Assembly: GCA_964598205.1 (NCBI GenBank)
Contig: CAZRBB010000001.1
Span: forward strand, 156,199 to 220,198
Length of the DNA stretch: 64,000 bases
From: an uncultured Candidatus Saccharibacteria bacterium
Lineage (GTDB): Bacteria > Patescibacteriota > Minisyncoccia > CAIUEV01 > JAHKAQ01
Direction of reading: 5' to 3'
Positions 19,553-27,847 of the stretch are shown piece after piece; within the stretch, counting starts at the first letter, position 1; each line of letters opens with the position of its first letter. Below the pieces are notes generated by a model that was not told the DNA's origin, ran no database searches, and was given only the letters and a program-made list of their open reading frames with translations. The position numbers and the translations under genes are program-made.

Positions 19553-19675
19553 TTTAAGGAGGCCCCTTGTTCTCTCCTACTAAAGTTTAAGCTTTTTAGG
19601 CAAAAGAGAAAAAGAACAAGGTGGAGCGAGGCCCGGTCGAGCGCGAGCGTACTCCGAAAAAAATATTGGCTTTAA
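19553..19675. repeat. GC-rich palindromic intergenic repeat, family 'GGAGGCYCCTTGTTC...GAACAAGGYGGAGCGAG...CGAGCGTACTCCGAAAAA' (copy A)
   Basis: ~80% identical over ~115 nt to 22268..22376. Contains internal inverted repeats. The 69-aa minus-strand ORF here is a translation artefact. Confidence 0.7.
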
Positions 19676-19757
19676 AAAAGAAACATAGATTTTTAAAAGA
19701 AAAAGCCGAGCGTCTCTTAGAGAGACAATTTGAATAGTTATTGGCCAGTTTCCAAAT

Positions 19758-19831
19758 GCGCGCCCGAGAGGATTTGAACCTCTGATCTCTGGCTTCGGAG
19801 GCCAACGCTCTATCCAGCTGAGCTACGGGCG
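19758..19831 (-). tRNA. tRNA-Arg (anticodon CCG)
   Basis: Reverse complement GCGCCCGTAGCTCAGCTGGATAGAGCG-TTGGC-CTCCGAA-GCCAG...GGTTCAAATCCTCTCGGGCGCG gives a cloverleaf with anticodon loop CTCCGAA. Confidence 0.85.
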
Positions 19832-19922
19832 CAATTGATTATTGTAATCCCTAATCCTAATAAACTGCCATCTATTTTTACCGCTATTTTTTGTTTTTGC
19901 CTAGCTGTTTTAGAAATCAACA

Positions 19923-20040
19923 GGACTTCTCCATTTGGTGTAGTTCAAGGCAAAACCGAGTAAGCGAGCGACGCGTAATTATGTTACGAAGAGCGAGCGA
20001 CGGAGGTTTTAACGAAGAAATGCACCAAATGGAGAAGTCC
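19923..20040 (+). repeat. Structured repeat element copy 1: 18-bp perfect terminal inverted repeats enclosing a conserved 81-nt GC-rich core
   Basis: ggacttctccatttggtg (19923-19940) is the exact reverse complement of caccaaatggagaagtcc (20023-20040). The core is identical to 21515-21596. Overlaps the rlmN stop and its last ~10 codons. Confidence 0.8.
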
Positions 20041-21037
20041 TATTTCCCGCTAATTGACCACAAGCCGCATTAATACTAGTTCCGCGGCTTTTCCGTACAA
20101 CTACCTCTATCTGCAACTTTTCTAATTCTTTCCTAAAAGCCATCACTGTTTCCTTGGAAGCTGGCTTAAAATCACCGACTGGGTTGCCACTTAAAAGATT
20201 GACCATAAACAAGCCACCCAAGCCCTTTTTTAAAAGTCTCCCCAATTCTTGGGCATCGGCAGGGGAGTCGTTTATTCCCAAAAACAAGGCGTATTCAATC
20301 ATTATTTTACGACGCCTGATTTTTAAATAATCGCGCAAAGCTCCTAGAACCTCTCTTGTCGGATTAGTTATTTCTACCGGCATATATCTTTGTCTTTCCG
20401 CACTATTAGAAAAATGCAGGGAGAAAGCTAAATTTACCTGCCAGTCTTCTTGGGTAAAGGCGCGAATTCCTTCTGTAATACCGGCAGTAGAAACGGAAAT
20501 TTTCCTAGCACCAATATTCAAACCCTCTGGATCATTAATTGCTAGAATCGCTTTTTTTACTTCTTCATAATTCAAAAACGGTTCGCCCATTCCCATAAAA
20601 ACCACGCTCGTTATTTTTTGGTTCTCCTTTTTTAATTCGCGCGCCCAAAAAATAAGTTGCAAAAGAATTTCCCAATTAGTTAGGTTTCTTTTGAATCCGG
20701 CCTGACCAGTAGCACAAAAAGTGCAAGCCAATTGGCAACCAGCCGCCACCGAAACACAAACCGAATTGTTGCCTTCACTGCCTTTAATTAAAACTGTTTC
20801 TACTCGTACTCCGTCAAAGGTTAAGACCGCTTTTTGAGTCTGGTTATCCGTATCCGCTTTTTTTTCAACATCAATACTCAATGGCAGATCTTTTCCTAAT
20901 TCTTCTTTTAGTTCCTTGGGCAATACGGAAACTTGTTCCCAAGAATCAAAAAGGGAAACAAAAATAGCGCGCTTAATCTGTGCCACACGGAAGCGGGGAA
21001 GTCGGCTTAAAATATTAACTAGCTTTTCTTGGTACAT
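20009..21037 (-). CDS. rlmN: 23S rRNA (adenine2503-C2)-methyltransferase, radical SAM
   Basis: CQLACTFCATGQ radical-SAM CxxxCxxC, GMGEP, and C-terminal AACGQL motif. 342 aa. Confidence 0.9.
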   Translation of the reverse strand: MYQEKLVNILSRLPRFRVAQIKRAIFVSLFDSWEQVSVLPKELKEELGKDLPLSIDVEKKADTDNQTQKAVLTFDGVRVETVLIKGSEGNNSVCVSVAAGCQLACTFCATGQAGFKRNLTNWEILLQLIFWARELKKENQKITSVVFMGMGEPFLNYEEVKKAILAINDPEGLNIGARKISVSTAGITEGIRAFTQEDWQVNLAFSLHFSNSAERQRYMPVEITNPTREVLGALRDYLKIRRRKIMIEYALFLGINDSPADAQELGRLLKKGLGGLFMVNLLSGNPVGDFKPASKETVMAFRKELEKLQIEVVVRKSRGTSINAACGQLAGNRTSPFGAFLR

Positions 21038-21122
21038 TTTTTAAAAATCAATCAAACAATCAACCTCACCGCAAATCAGAGCTCGGCCTTGCTCTAATAA
21101 ATTCGTGTCGTGTAATTTTAGC

Positions 21123-21458
21123 TTAGGTTAAACGGTAAAGTAGAGAGATAGAAACAACGGCCAGGAATAGCCCCAAAATCTCTATTGGTAAAAGTTGCTC
21201 TTTAAAGTAAAAAACGCTGATTAAGGCAGAAGAAATTATAAAAGTGAGAGTAAAAATAATTCCAGCGTTTAAGAATTCCATTTTTTTAAAAACAAAGAAC
21301 CAACCAAAAACTGAGAAAAAGTAAATTAAACCGGCCACTCCCAGAAAGATCGGTACGGAAAAAACTTGTTTTAACGCCGCTTTCTTTATTAAGAGGTCCG
21401 CAATAACAATCAAGAAGCTAAAAGATAAAATGACCGGTAGGATACTAAATTTTCCCAT
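21123..21458 (-). CDS. Small 4-TM membrane protein (DMT/EamA-like half-transporter?)
   Basis: 111 aa with four hydrophobic helices. Confidence 0.4.
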   Translation of the reverse strand: MGKFSILPVILSFSFLIVIADLLIKKAALKQVFSVPIFLGVAGLIYFFSVFGWFFVFKKMEFLNAGIIFTLTFIISSALISVFYFKEQLLPIEILGLFLAVVSISLLYRLT

Positions 21459-21496
21459 GGCGATTTTTTACTTTTTATGGAACTGTTTGGCTGGGA

Positions 21497-21613
21497 CTTT
21501 GTGTATTTGAATGCAGTTCAAGGCAAAACCGAGTAAGCGAGCGACGCGTAATTATGTTACGAAGAGCGAGCGACGGAGGTTTTAACGAAGAAATGCATTC
21601 AAATACACAAAGT
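21497..21613 (+). repeat. Structured repeat element copy 2: 19-bp perfect terminal inverted repeats enclosing the same 81-nt core as copy 1
   Basis: ctttgtgtatttgaatgca (21497-21515) is the reverse complement of tgcattcaaatacacaaag (21595-21613). Sits immediately 3' of the clpP stop (21618-21620). Confidence 0.8.
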
Positions 21614-21617
21614 TCAT

Positions 21618-22193
21618 TTATTTAATAATTTTATCTATTACGCCATACTTCTTGGCTTCTTCCGCGCTCATGTAGAAATCACGATCAGTGTCTTTTTCTA
21701 ACTGTAATATTTTTTGACCGGTAGTTTGCGCTAAAATTTTATTTAATTTTTCTTTGGTTTTTAAAATGTGCCTAGCAGAAATTTCTACATCAGAAGCTTG
21801 ACCTTCGGCACCACCCATTACCTGATGAAGCAGGACTTCTGAATTAGGAAGAGCCAGTCTTTTTCCTTTGCAACCAGCAGAAAGCAGTACCGCCGCCATG
21901 CTAGCAGCAATACCCACGCAAATTGTGGATACATCACATTTTACATAATTCATGGTATCAAAAATTGCCAAACCAGCAGTAACGCTTCCGCCAGGAGAAT
22001 TAATGTAAAGCTTAATATCTTGTTCCTTGTTTTGGCTTTCCAAGAAAAGAAGTTGGGCAATAATAGTATTGGCAGTAGGGTCGTCAATAGCACCAGAAAG
22101 AAAAACAATTCTTTCTTTTAAGAGGCGAGAATAAATATCGTAAGCTCGCTCTCCGTATTGTGATTTTTCAATAACAGTAGGTATAAGATTCAT
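21618..22193 (-). CDS. clpP: ATP-dependent Clp protease proteolytic subunit
   Basis: [32 protein letters not shown] (catalytic Ser) and HQVMGG (His) motifs. Confidence 0.95.
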   Translation of the reverse strand: MNLIPTVIEKSQYGERAYDIYSRLLKERIVFLSGAIDDPTANTIIAQLLFLESQNKEQDIKLYINSPGGSVTAGLAIFDTMNYVKCDVSTICVGIAASMAAVLLSAGCKGKRLALPNSEVLLHQVMGGAEGQASDVEISARHILKTKEKLNKILAQTTGQKILQLEKDTDRDFYMSAEEAKKYGVIDKIIK

Positions 22194-22267
22194 AAAATTA
22201 AATTAAAATATTATTCGATAAGTTTAGTATATCCTCTTGACTGGCATCATTTCCAAGCAGATGTCTT

Positions 22268-22376
22268 TAGAGGAGGCTCCTTGTTCCCGCCCATTAAGCT
22301 CCAAGCTTTTTAGAGAGAACAAAACAGGAACAAGGCGGAGCGAGACCCGGTCGAGGTCGAGCGTACTCCGAAAAAG
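22268..22376. repeat. GC-rich palindromic intergenic repeat (copy B of the family at 19553..19675)
   Basis: gaggaggctccttgttcccgcc ... ggaacaaggcggagcgagacccggtcgaggtcgagcgtactccgaaaaag. The ORF 22310..22495 is an artefact. Confidence 0.7.
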
Positions 22377-22425
22377 AATATCGTCTTAGGGAAGGCTCTC
22401 TGTGTTAACTTGTGGTCGCATTGCT

Positions 22426-22493
22426 GATTCTTGGGAAGACTCGCGTAGGCAGACTCAGAGCCTTGTCTGCCCAAGCGAGTCTTCCCAAGAATC
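22426..22493. repeat. Nested perfect hairpin immediately 3' of tig
   Basis: 19-bp perfect inverted repeat gattcttgggaagactcgc/gcgagtcttcccaagaatc with an inner 7-bp inverted repeat ggcagac/gtctgcc. Confidence 0.7.
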
Positions 22494-22501
22494 AAGCGCT
22501 T

Positions 22502-23797
22502 TTAAACCTCCAAGAATTCTTTCTTTAACCAAGCAATCACCTTCTGTTTACTCAAAAAGTTTTCGGCATAGGCTTTGACTCGCTCTGGATCTATATCTTT
22601 AGTTTCGGCCCCGCTTTGACGGAATTCGTTGAGCAATTTTTCTGTTTCTTTTTCTATTTCTTCTTTTGTGGCGCTGATTTCTTTTTCTTTGCCGATGGTC
22701 ATTAATGCTAGTTCGGTCTTAACTCTTTTTTTGGCATCATCGTGCCAATCACCTAAAAGAGCCTTTTTGGTTGTTTTTACTTTTTCCAAATAAGTTTCCA
22801 AGGAAAGTCCCATATGGGTAAGCTGGTTTTCTAGTTCCGAAAGCATTTTATTTTTTTCTTCTTCCACAAAAACATTGGGAATTTCCGTCTTGGTTTCTTC
22901 GGCAATCGTCTTTATTAAATCCTCTAATGATTCATGAATCATTTTTGCTTCCTTTTCGTTTCTTAGATTATTTCTTAGGCTTTCTCTTAAATTTTCTGCA
23001 CTGGTAAAACGACCCAGTCCCTTAGCAAAGTCATCGGTTACTTCTGGTAGCTCTTGTTCCTGTACTAATTTCATTAAAATCTCGAACTCTCCTTTTTTAC
23101 CTTTTAGATTGTCGTCGTAATAATCTTTAGGAAAATCAAGAGAAAAATTTTTCTTTTCTTCGGCTTTTAATCCAATTAGTTGATCTTCAAAGCCGGGAAT
23201 AAATTTTTCTTCGCCAATAACCAGCGGATGATTCATGCTAGAACCACCCTCCACCGGCACTCCAGAGAAAGAAAGCTTAAAGTTTATTTCTACCAAGTCA
23301 CCCTTCTTAGCTTCACGATTCACAGTAACTGTTTTGGCTCGTGATTTTCGCAGATGGTCTAAGACTTTAGTTGTTTCTTCTTCTGTAATTTTAATTTCTT
23401 CTAAATTTGGTTTTTTAAATTTTAATTTTTTAAGATCTGGTAGTGTTATTTCGGGGAAAACACTTATTCGGGCTTCGTAAATCAAACCGGTTTCTGGGGA
23501 ATTTTCTTTAACATCTATTTTAGGGGAACCAAAAATATCTAGCTTTTTCTCCAAAAGAGCTGCTAAAAATGTTTTATTGATTGCTGTTTCTAAGACTTCT
23601 TTTTTAAAACCTTCTTCTCCGGCCACTTTTTTCACTGCTTCTACGGTAGCCTTGCCAGGGCGGAAACCAGGGAGAGGGTTTTTCTTGGAATAAATCAACG
23701 CCGCTTTTTTGGCAAAAGAAGCTAGTTCCTGTTTAGAAATGTTTATTTCTAAAATAATTTCTGATTGAGGTAAATCTTTTAGGGTAACTTTTGGCAT
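22502..23797 (-). CDS. tig: Trigger factor
   Basis: N-terminal ribosome-binding region with GFRPGKA motif. FKBP-like middle and C-terminal chaperone arm domains. 431 aa. Confidence 0.85.
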   Translation of the reverse strand: MPKVTLKDLPQSEIILEINISKQELASFAKKAALIYSKKNPLPGFRPGKATVEAVKKVAGEEGFKKEVLETAINKTFLAALLEKKLDIFGSPKIDVKENSPETGLIYEARISVFPEITLPDLKKLKFKKPNLEEIKITEEETTKVLDHLRKSRAKTVTVNREAKKGDLVEINFKLSFSGVPVEGGSSMNHPLVIGEEKFIPGFEDQLIGLKAEEKKNFSLDFPKDYYDDNLKGKKGEFEILMKLVQEQELPEVTDDFAKGLGRFTSAENLRESLRNNLRNEKEAKMIHESLEDLIKTIAEETKTEIPNVFVEEEKNKMLSELENQLTHMGLSLETYLEKVKTTKKALLGDWHDDAKKRVKTELALMTIGKEKEISATKEEIEKETEKLLNEFRQSGAETKDIDPERVKAYAENFLSKQKVIAWLKKEFLEV

Positions 23798-23801
23798 AGG
23801 G

Positions 23802-24734
23802 TTATTTTAATTTCTTTTCGAATTCGGGAACAATCTGTTTTTTACGGGAAACTACTCCGGGCAGCCGAAGCATTCCTTCTTCTAATTTGGCATTAGGAAA
23901 AACTTTTCTGGCCGCTTCTTCTTCCTCTCTGCCAATCAACAAAAGATCAGTGTGACTTTTTAAAATATCTACAATCCCCAAAAATATTAAGTCCAACTTT
24001 TCTTTCTTCTTATGCTCAGAAAGCGCTTTTCTTAATTTCCTCTCCAATAACAAGGCCCCTTGGGAATCAACTGTTTCTAAAACCCCGATTCCGGTTTTAA
24101 ATTGACCAAACCGAAATTTTTTGTAATCGGTGGTAATAATTTTCTTAGGCGGAATACCAGACAAGTCCGATTTGGCTTGAAACATTTCTTTGGCTAGTTG
24201 GTCAATATTAACACCAGAAACGACAGCTAATTCTTGAGCTATTTGTTTATCTTCTGTGGTTGTAGTGGGAGAGGAAAAATTCAGAGTGTCGGAAACAATA
24301 CCGGCTAAAAGCAGACCAGCTGTTTTTTTGTCTAAAGTTATTCGCCAATCGCAAGACATCTTGTAAACAATAGAAGAAGAACTTCCCAGTGGCTCCACTC
24401 TAAAAAAAATCGGATATTCCTTTTTAAAATTAATAGAAAGCTTGTGATGATCTATTAAGCCTTCAACGATTACCTTAGAAAAAAGAGCGGGAGATTGTTC
24501 CTCCTCGTTAAAATCTACTAAAAAAACTTTTTCCCCTTTTACCAGTGCACGCTTTTGTGGTTTTTTAAAATCAAATTTTTTTAAAACCAATTCAGTTTCC
24601 CTGTTTGGCTGATCAGAAATAATGGCCTTGGCGTGGTAACGACCGGCCTTGGTTAAAATTTTTGCCAAGACCAAAGAGGCGACCGTGGCATCGGTATCTT
24701 GGTTGGTGTGCCCTAAAACGGTAATTTTTTCCAT
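23802..24734 (-). CDS. DHH/DHHA1 phosphoesterase (NrnA-like nanoRNase/pAp phosphatase)
   Basis: LGHTNQDTDATVAS (DHH motif I), LIDHH (motif III), and a GG-containing DHHA1 C-terminus. Confidence 0.8.
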   Translation of the reverse strand: MEKITVLGHTNQDTDATVASLVLAKILTKAGRYHAKAIISDQPNRETELVLKKFDFKKPQKRALVKGEKVFLVDFNEEEQSPALFSKVIVEGLIDHHKLSINFKKEYPIFFRVEPLGSSSSIVYKMSCDWRITLDKKTAGLLLAGIVSDTLNFSSPTTTTEDKQIAQELAVVSGVNIDQLAKEMFQAKSDLSGIPPKKIITTDYKKFRFGQFKTGIGVLETVDSQGALLLERKLRKALSEHKKKEKLDLIFLGIVDILKSHTDLLLIGREEEEAARKVFPNAKLEEGMLRLPGVVSRKKQIVPEFEKKLK

Positions 24735-24744
24735 TTTTCTTGAC

Positions 24745-26049
24745 TTACTTCTTAGGTTTTTCTTCTTCTTTTTTCCCCTTGGTCTTTTTCTTTGCTTTCT
24801 TTTTAGGTTTTTCTTCTGCCGGAACTTCTTTTTCTATTTCTTCTGCCGTTGCTTTTGGATTTGTTGCGACTTCTTCATTCTCCACTTCCAAAAGATCAAC
24901 ATCTTCTGAATTAACAATATCAACCTTCCAATCGGTTAAGCGAGCGGCTAATCGAACATTCTGACCGCGTTTACCAATGGCCAAACTTAATTGATCGGGA
25001 TCAACTACTACGGTTGCCGTTTTTTCGGCTTCCTTTATTTCCACGAACTTTACTTTAGCTGGAGACAGGGCATGACTAATAAAAATTTCTGGATCTTCAT
25101 TGTATTCAATGATGTCTATTTTTTCTCCACCAAGCTCGTCTATCACTGATTGGACTCTGATTCCCTTTTGACCAACACAAGACCCAATCGGGTCAACGCC
25201 TTCTTCTTTAGATCTTACGGCGATTTTTGAGCGAGAACCAGCTTCTCTGGCAATAGAAAAAATTTCCACCGCTCCAGAAAAAATTTCTGGCACTTCTAGA
25301 GAAAACAGCTTGGCTACTAGCTTAGGATTGGAACGAGACAAAACCACGGTGGTATCTCTAAGGTCTTTATTCACTCTTTCCACATAGACCTTGATTCTTT
25401 GACCGGCGCGATAGTTTTCTTGACTAACTTGTTCTTGTGGTAAAAGGACACCAATCATTTTGCCAAGATCCAAAAATACATTGCGGTTTTCTACCCGCTG
25501 AACAGTAGCGGTTACCACTTCTCCTTCTTTGTTTTTGAACTCGGTATAAAGATTTTCTCTTTCCGCTTCTCGTAATCGCTGAATAATAACCTGCTTGGCG
25601 TTTTGGGCGGCCACGCGACCAAATTGGTTCTGAGTTTCTAGTTCTATTTCTAATTCTTCCCCTAGTTCTATTTCGGAATTTGTTTTTTTAGCCTCTTCCA
25701 AAAGAATGTCTCTTTCCTTATTAAACCGTGGAGTTTTTTCTGTTTCGTCTTCTCTTTCTTCTCTAAATTCAGATTCGTTTTCCGTTTCTTCTTCTGGAAT
25801 CTCTTCCATATTACGAGTAGTTTCGTCTACTACTTCCTTGATTTGAAAAAAAGCGGCAGTTTGTTTTTCGGGATCAAATTTGGAACGAATAATCTGACCT
25901 TTCTTGCCGTAATCTTTTTTGTAAGCGGCGGCTAAAGATTCTTCCACAATTTCCATTACTTTTTCTTTGGCTAGACCCTTTTCATCACAGACTAAGGAGA
26001 TGGCGGCGGAAAGCTCTTTTAGGTTAATGTTTCCAATAGCTTCATTCAT
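24745..26049 (-). CDS. nusA: Transcription termination/antitermination factor NusA with acidic insertion and Lys-rich C-terminal tail
   Basis: NusA N-terminal domain, S1 and KH domains (GSCVGQKGIRVQSVIDELGGEKIDII). A 4-nt gap separates it from the DHH gene. Confidence 0.85.
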   Translation of the reverse strand: MNEAIGNINLKELSAAISLVCDEKGLAKEKVMEIVEESLAAAYKKDYGKKGQIIRSKFDPEKQTAAFFQIKEVVDETTRNMEEIPEEETENESEFREEREDETEKTPRFNKERDILLEEAKKTNSEIELGEELEIELETQNQFGRVAAQNAKQVIIQRLREAERENLYTEFKNKEGEVVTATVQRVENRNVFLDLGKMIGVLLPQEQVSQENYRAGQRIKVYVERVNKDLRDTTVVLSRSNPKLVAKLFSLEVPEIFSGAVEIFSIAREAGSRSKIAVRSKEEGVDPIGSCVGQKGIRVQSVIDELGGEKIDIIEYNEDPEIFISHALSPAKVKFVEIKEAEKTATVVVDPDQLSLAIGKRGQNVRLAARLTDWKVDIVNSEDVDLLEVENEEVATNPKATAEEIEKEVPAEEKPKKKAKKKTKGKKEEEKPKK

Positions 26050-26119
26050 CTGATTTTAGTTTTAAAATTTATGGTTAAATAAGGAAGTGCACCAAACACA
26101 TAAGCTCTTGCTTTAAAAA

Positions 26120-26165
26120 AAAGAATCCGGTCCCAGCCGGATTAATAATCTTTCTTCACTTCTTC
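26120..26165 (-). terminator. Rho-independent terminator (minus-strand orientation) downstream of the ArsP-like gene
   Basis: aatccggtcccagccggatt hairpin followed by a T-run on the minus strand. Confidence 0.55.
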
Positions 26166-26231
26166 CTTGAGTTTAATGGGAAAGGGGGTGACTGTCAATA
26201 AAGCTAGGAATTTTTTAATAAAAATTGAAAA

Positions 26232-26289
26232 ATAACCCAATAACTATTTTAAACAGAATTGAGTTGCTTCTGTTTAAAATAGTTATTGG
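26232..26289. repeat. 23-bp perfect inverted repeat (hairpin/operator-like) just 3' of the ArsP-like gene
   Basis: cccaataactattttaaacagaa - ttgagttgc - ttctgtttaaaatagttattggg. Confidence 0.7.
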
Positions 26290-26318
26290 GTTATTTCCTC
26301 TTCTACATAAAAATGCTC

Positions 26319-27287
26319 TTACAAAATCCAATTAAACAAATATCCCGTAAAAATTATGCCGATTCCCACAACGCCAGCAAAAATAAAGATCAATTTGATT
26401 TTCATCACCTTTTTTAAAATCATAAACTCCGGCAAAGACAATGCCGTTACGGCCATCATAAACGCCAGTGTTGTTCCTAGGGCAACGCCTTTTTCCACCA
26501 AGGCACTAACCAGTGGAATAATTCCAGCCACATTAGAATAAAGCGGAATGCCGATTAAAACTGCTAGTGGCACGGCATACCATTTATCTGCTCCGGCGTA
26601 CTTTGCCAAAAAATCAGTCGGCACATAACCATGAATCCAAGCACCTAAGCCAACCCCGATAATAATATATGGCCAAACTTTTTTAATAATATCGATAGTA
26701 TAACTTTTTGCGTAACTAATTCTTTGCTCCCATGTCATTTCCGGTAATTTCAGTTGGTCATTGAATTTTATTTTGTACACAAATTCTTCTACCAAGCTTT
26801 CTACCCTAAGATGCCCAATCACAATTCCCGAAAGAATAGCAATCACTAGTCCGCTTGTAATGTAGAGTAGGGCAATCTTCCAGCCGAATAATCCAAAAAG
26901 CAAAACCAACGCCACCTCGTTGATCATTGGTGAAGCGATTAGAAAGGAAAAGGTTGTTCCCAATGGCACGCCGGCTTCTAAGAAACCTAAAAACAGTGGA
27001 ATTGCCGAGCAGGTGCAAAATGGAGTGATTATCCCTAAGAGTGCCGCTAGGATATTACCAAAATATTTCTTGTCTTTGGCTAAAATTTTTCTAATTCTTT
27101 CTGGCGGAAGGAATGATCTAATAATCGAAACTGTAAAAATAATAACAATGAGCAAAAGAAAAATCTTGATCGTATCGAAGATAAAAAAATTGACAGCACC
27201 AGCCAGGAGCGTTCCAGGAGCAATATTAAAAATGGAGTAAGTTAGCCAGTCGGCAAATAATTGAACAGGATAAAATATATTAGTCAT
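26319..27287 (-). CDS. arsP: UPF0718/PF03773-family permease, ArsP-like (organoarsenical efflux permease family)
   Basis: Polytopic membrane protein with the ITPFCTCSAIPLF motif (TPFcSCS-type Cys pair characteristic of ArsP-like permeases). Confidence 0.7.
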   Translation of the reverse strand: MTNIFYPVQLFADWLTYSIFNIAPGTLLAGAVNFFIFDTIKIFLLLIVIIFTVSIIRSFLPPERIRKILAKDKKYFGNILAALLGIITPFCTCSAIPLFLGFLEAGVPLGTTFSFLIASPMINEVALVLLFGLFGWKIALLYITSGLVIAILSGIVIGHLRVESLVEEFVYKIKFNDQLKLPEMTWEQRISYAKSYTIDIIKKVWPYIIIGVGLGAWIHGYVPTDFLAKYAGADKWYAVPLAVLIGIPLYSNVAGIIPLVSALVEKGVALGTTLAFMMAVTALSLPEFMILKKVMKIKLIFIFAGVVGIGIIFTGYLFNWIL

Positions 27288-27386
27288 AAGTTTTAATCAA
27301 AAACAAACAATAACAACATTAATGCCGATTGACCAAATGAGATTTTTAAAAGCGGTAGGATGATTATGATTTTGTTCAGGCATATT

Positions 27387-27839
27387 TTATAAATTGATCA
27401 AATATTTTACCAAAAATTGTAAATAATAGATCCCGGCCAAAAGAAAAACCGTGGCTACACCATAACGCATTACTTTTTCAATCTTCATCATTGCATTATA
27501 CATTTTGCTGATTTTCCCAACGCTAAAAGCCAAAATAAAAGAAAAAAAGATTACCGGCAAACCGGTTCCTAAAATTTTGATGTTCATTTTATTTATTTTA
27601 AAAAGTTTTTTGTATTTTTTGACTGCTTCTTTATTTAAGCGATAGCGAATGAAATTACCTTCGCGTTTTTCGCTTAACAATCCTATATTCTTTAATTGCT
27701 TAAGATGATGAGATGCTAATTTATTAGAAATTCCTATTTCATGAACGATTTCGCAAACGCATTTAGCGCCACAGTCAAGGGCACAAATTATCCCTAAGCG
27801 ATTCGGATCCGCTACCGCCCTGAGAAATTTGTATACTTC
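27387..27839 (-). CDS. arsR: ArsR/SmtB-family wHTH regulator fused to a C-terminal 2-TM segment; no canonical start codon in frame (possible frameshift or non-canonical initiation)
   Basis: Frame open from the stop at 27842-27840 gives EVYKFLRAVADPNRLGIICALDCGAKCVCEIVHEIGISNKLASHHLKQLKNIGLLSEKREGNFIRYRL (CVC metal site, SHHLK recognition helix), then TM helices. The only in-frame start is the TTG at 27680 used by the ORF track. An ATG at 27846-27844 is in a different frame. Confidence 0.55.
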   Translation of the reverse strand, partial: EVYKFLRAVADPNRLGIICALDCGAKCVCEIVHEIGISNKLASHHLKQLKNIGLLSEKREGNFIRYRLNKEAVKKYKKLFKINKMNIKILGTGLPVIFFSFILAFSVGKISKMYNAMMKIEKVMRYGVATVFLLAGIYYLQFLVKYLINL

Positions 27840-27847
27840 TTATCATG

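Noticed and set aside
19596-19805. 69-aa minus ORF (and its look-alike 22310..22495)
   Set aside because: Both are translations of the same intergenic repeat family (shared FFFGVRS.STG.RS.LF peptide). The similarity comes from the DNA repeat, and 19596..19805 overlaps tRNA-Arg.
19891-20073. 60-aa plus ORF across repeat element copy 1
   Set aside because: Copy 2 of the same element has no equivalent ORF. The flanking arms differ while keeping complementarity, which argues for structure, not coding.
19553-22496. CRISPR array hypothesis for the GC-rich repeats
   Set aside because: Repeats are >100 nt, only ~80% identical, and not regularly spaced with short unique spacers. No cas genes are nearby.
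24649-24964. Plus-strand ORFs 24649..24909 and 24740..24964
   Set aside because: They lie antisense to the Lys/Glu-rich C-terminus of nusA. These are low-complexity mirror frames.
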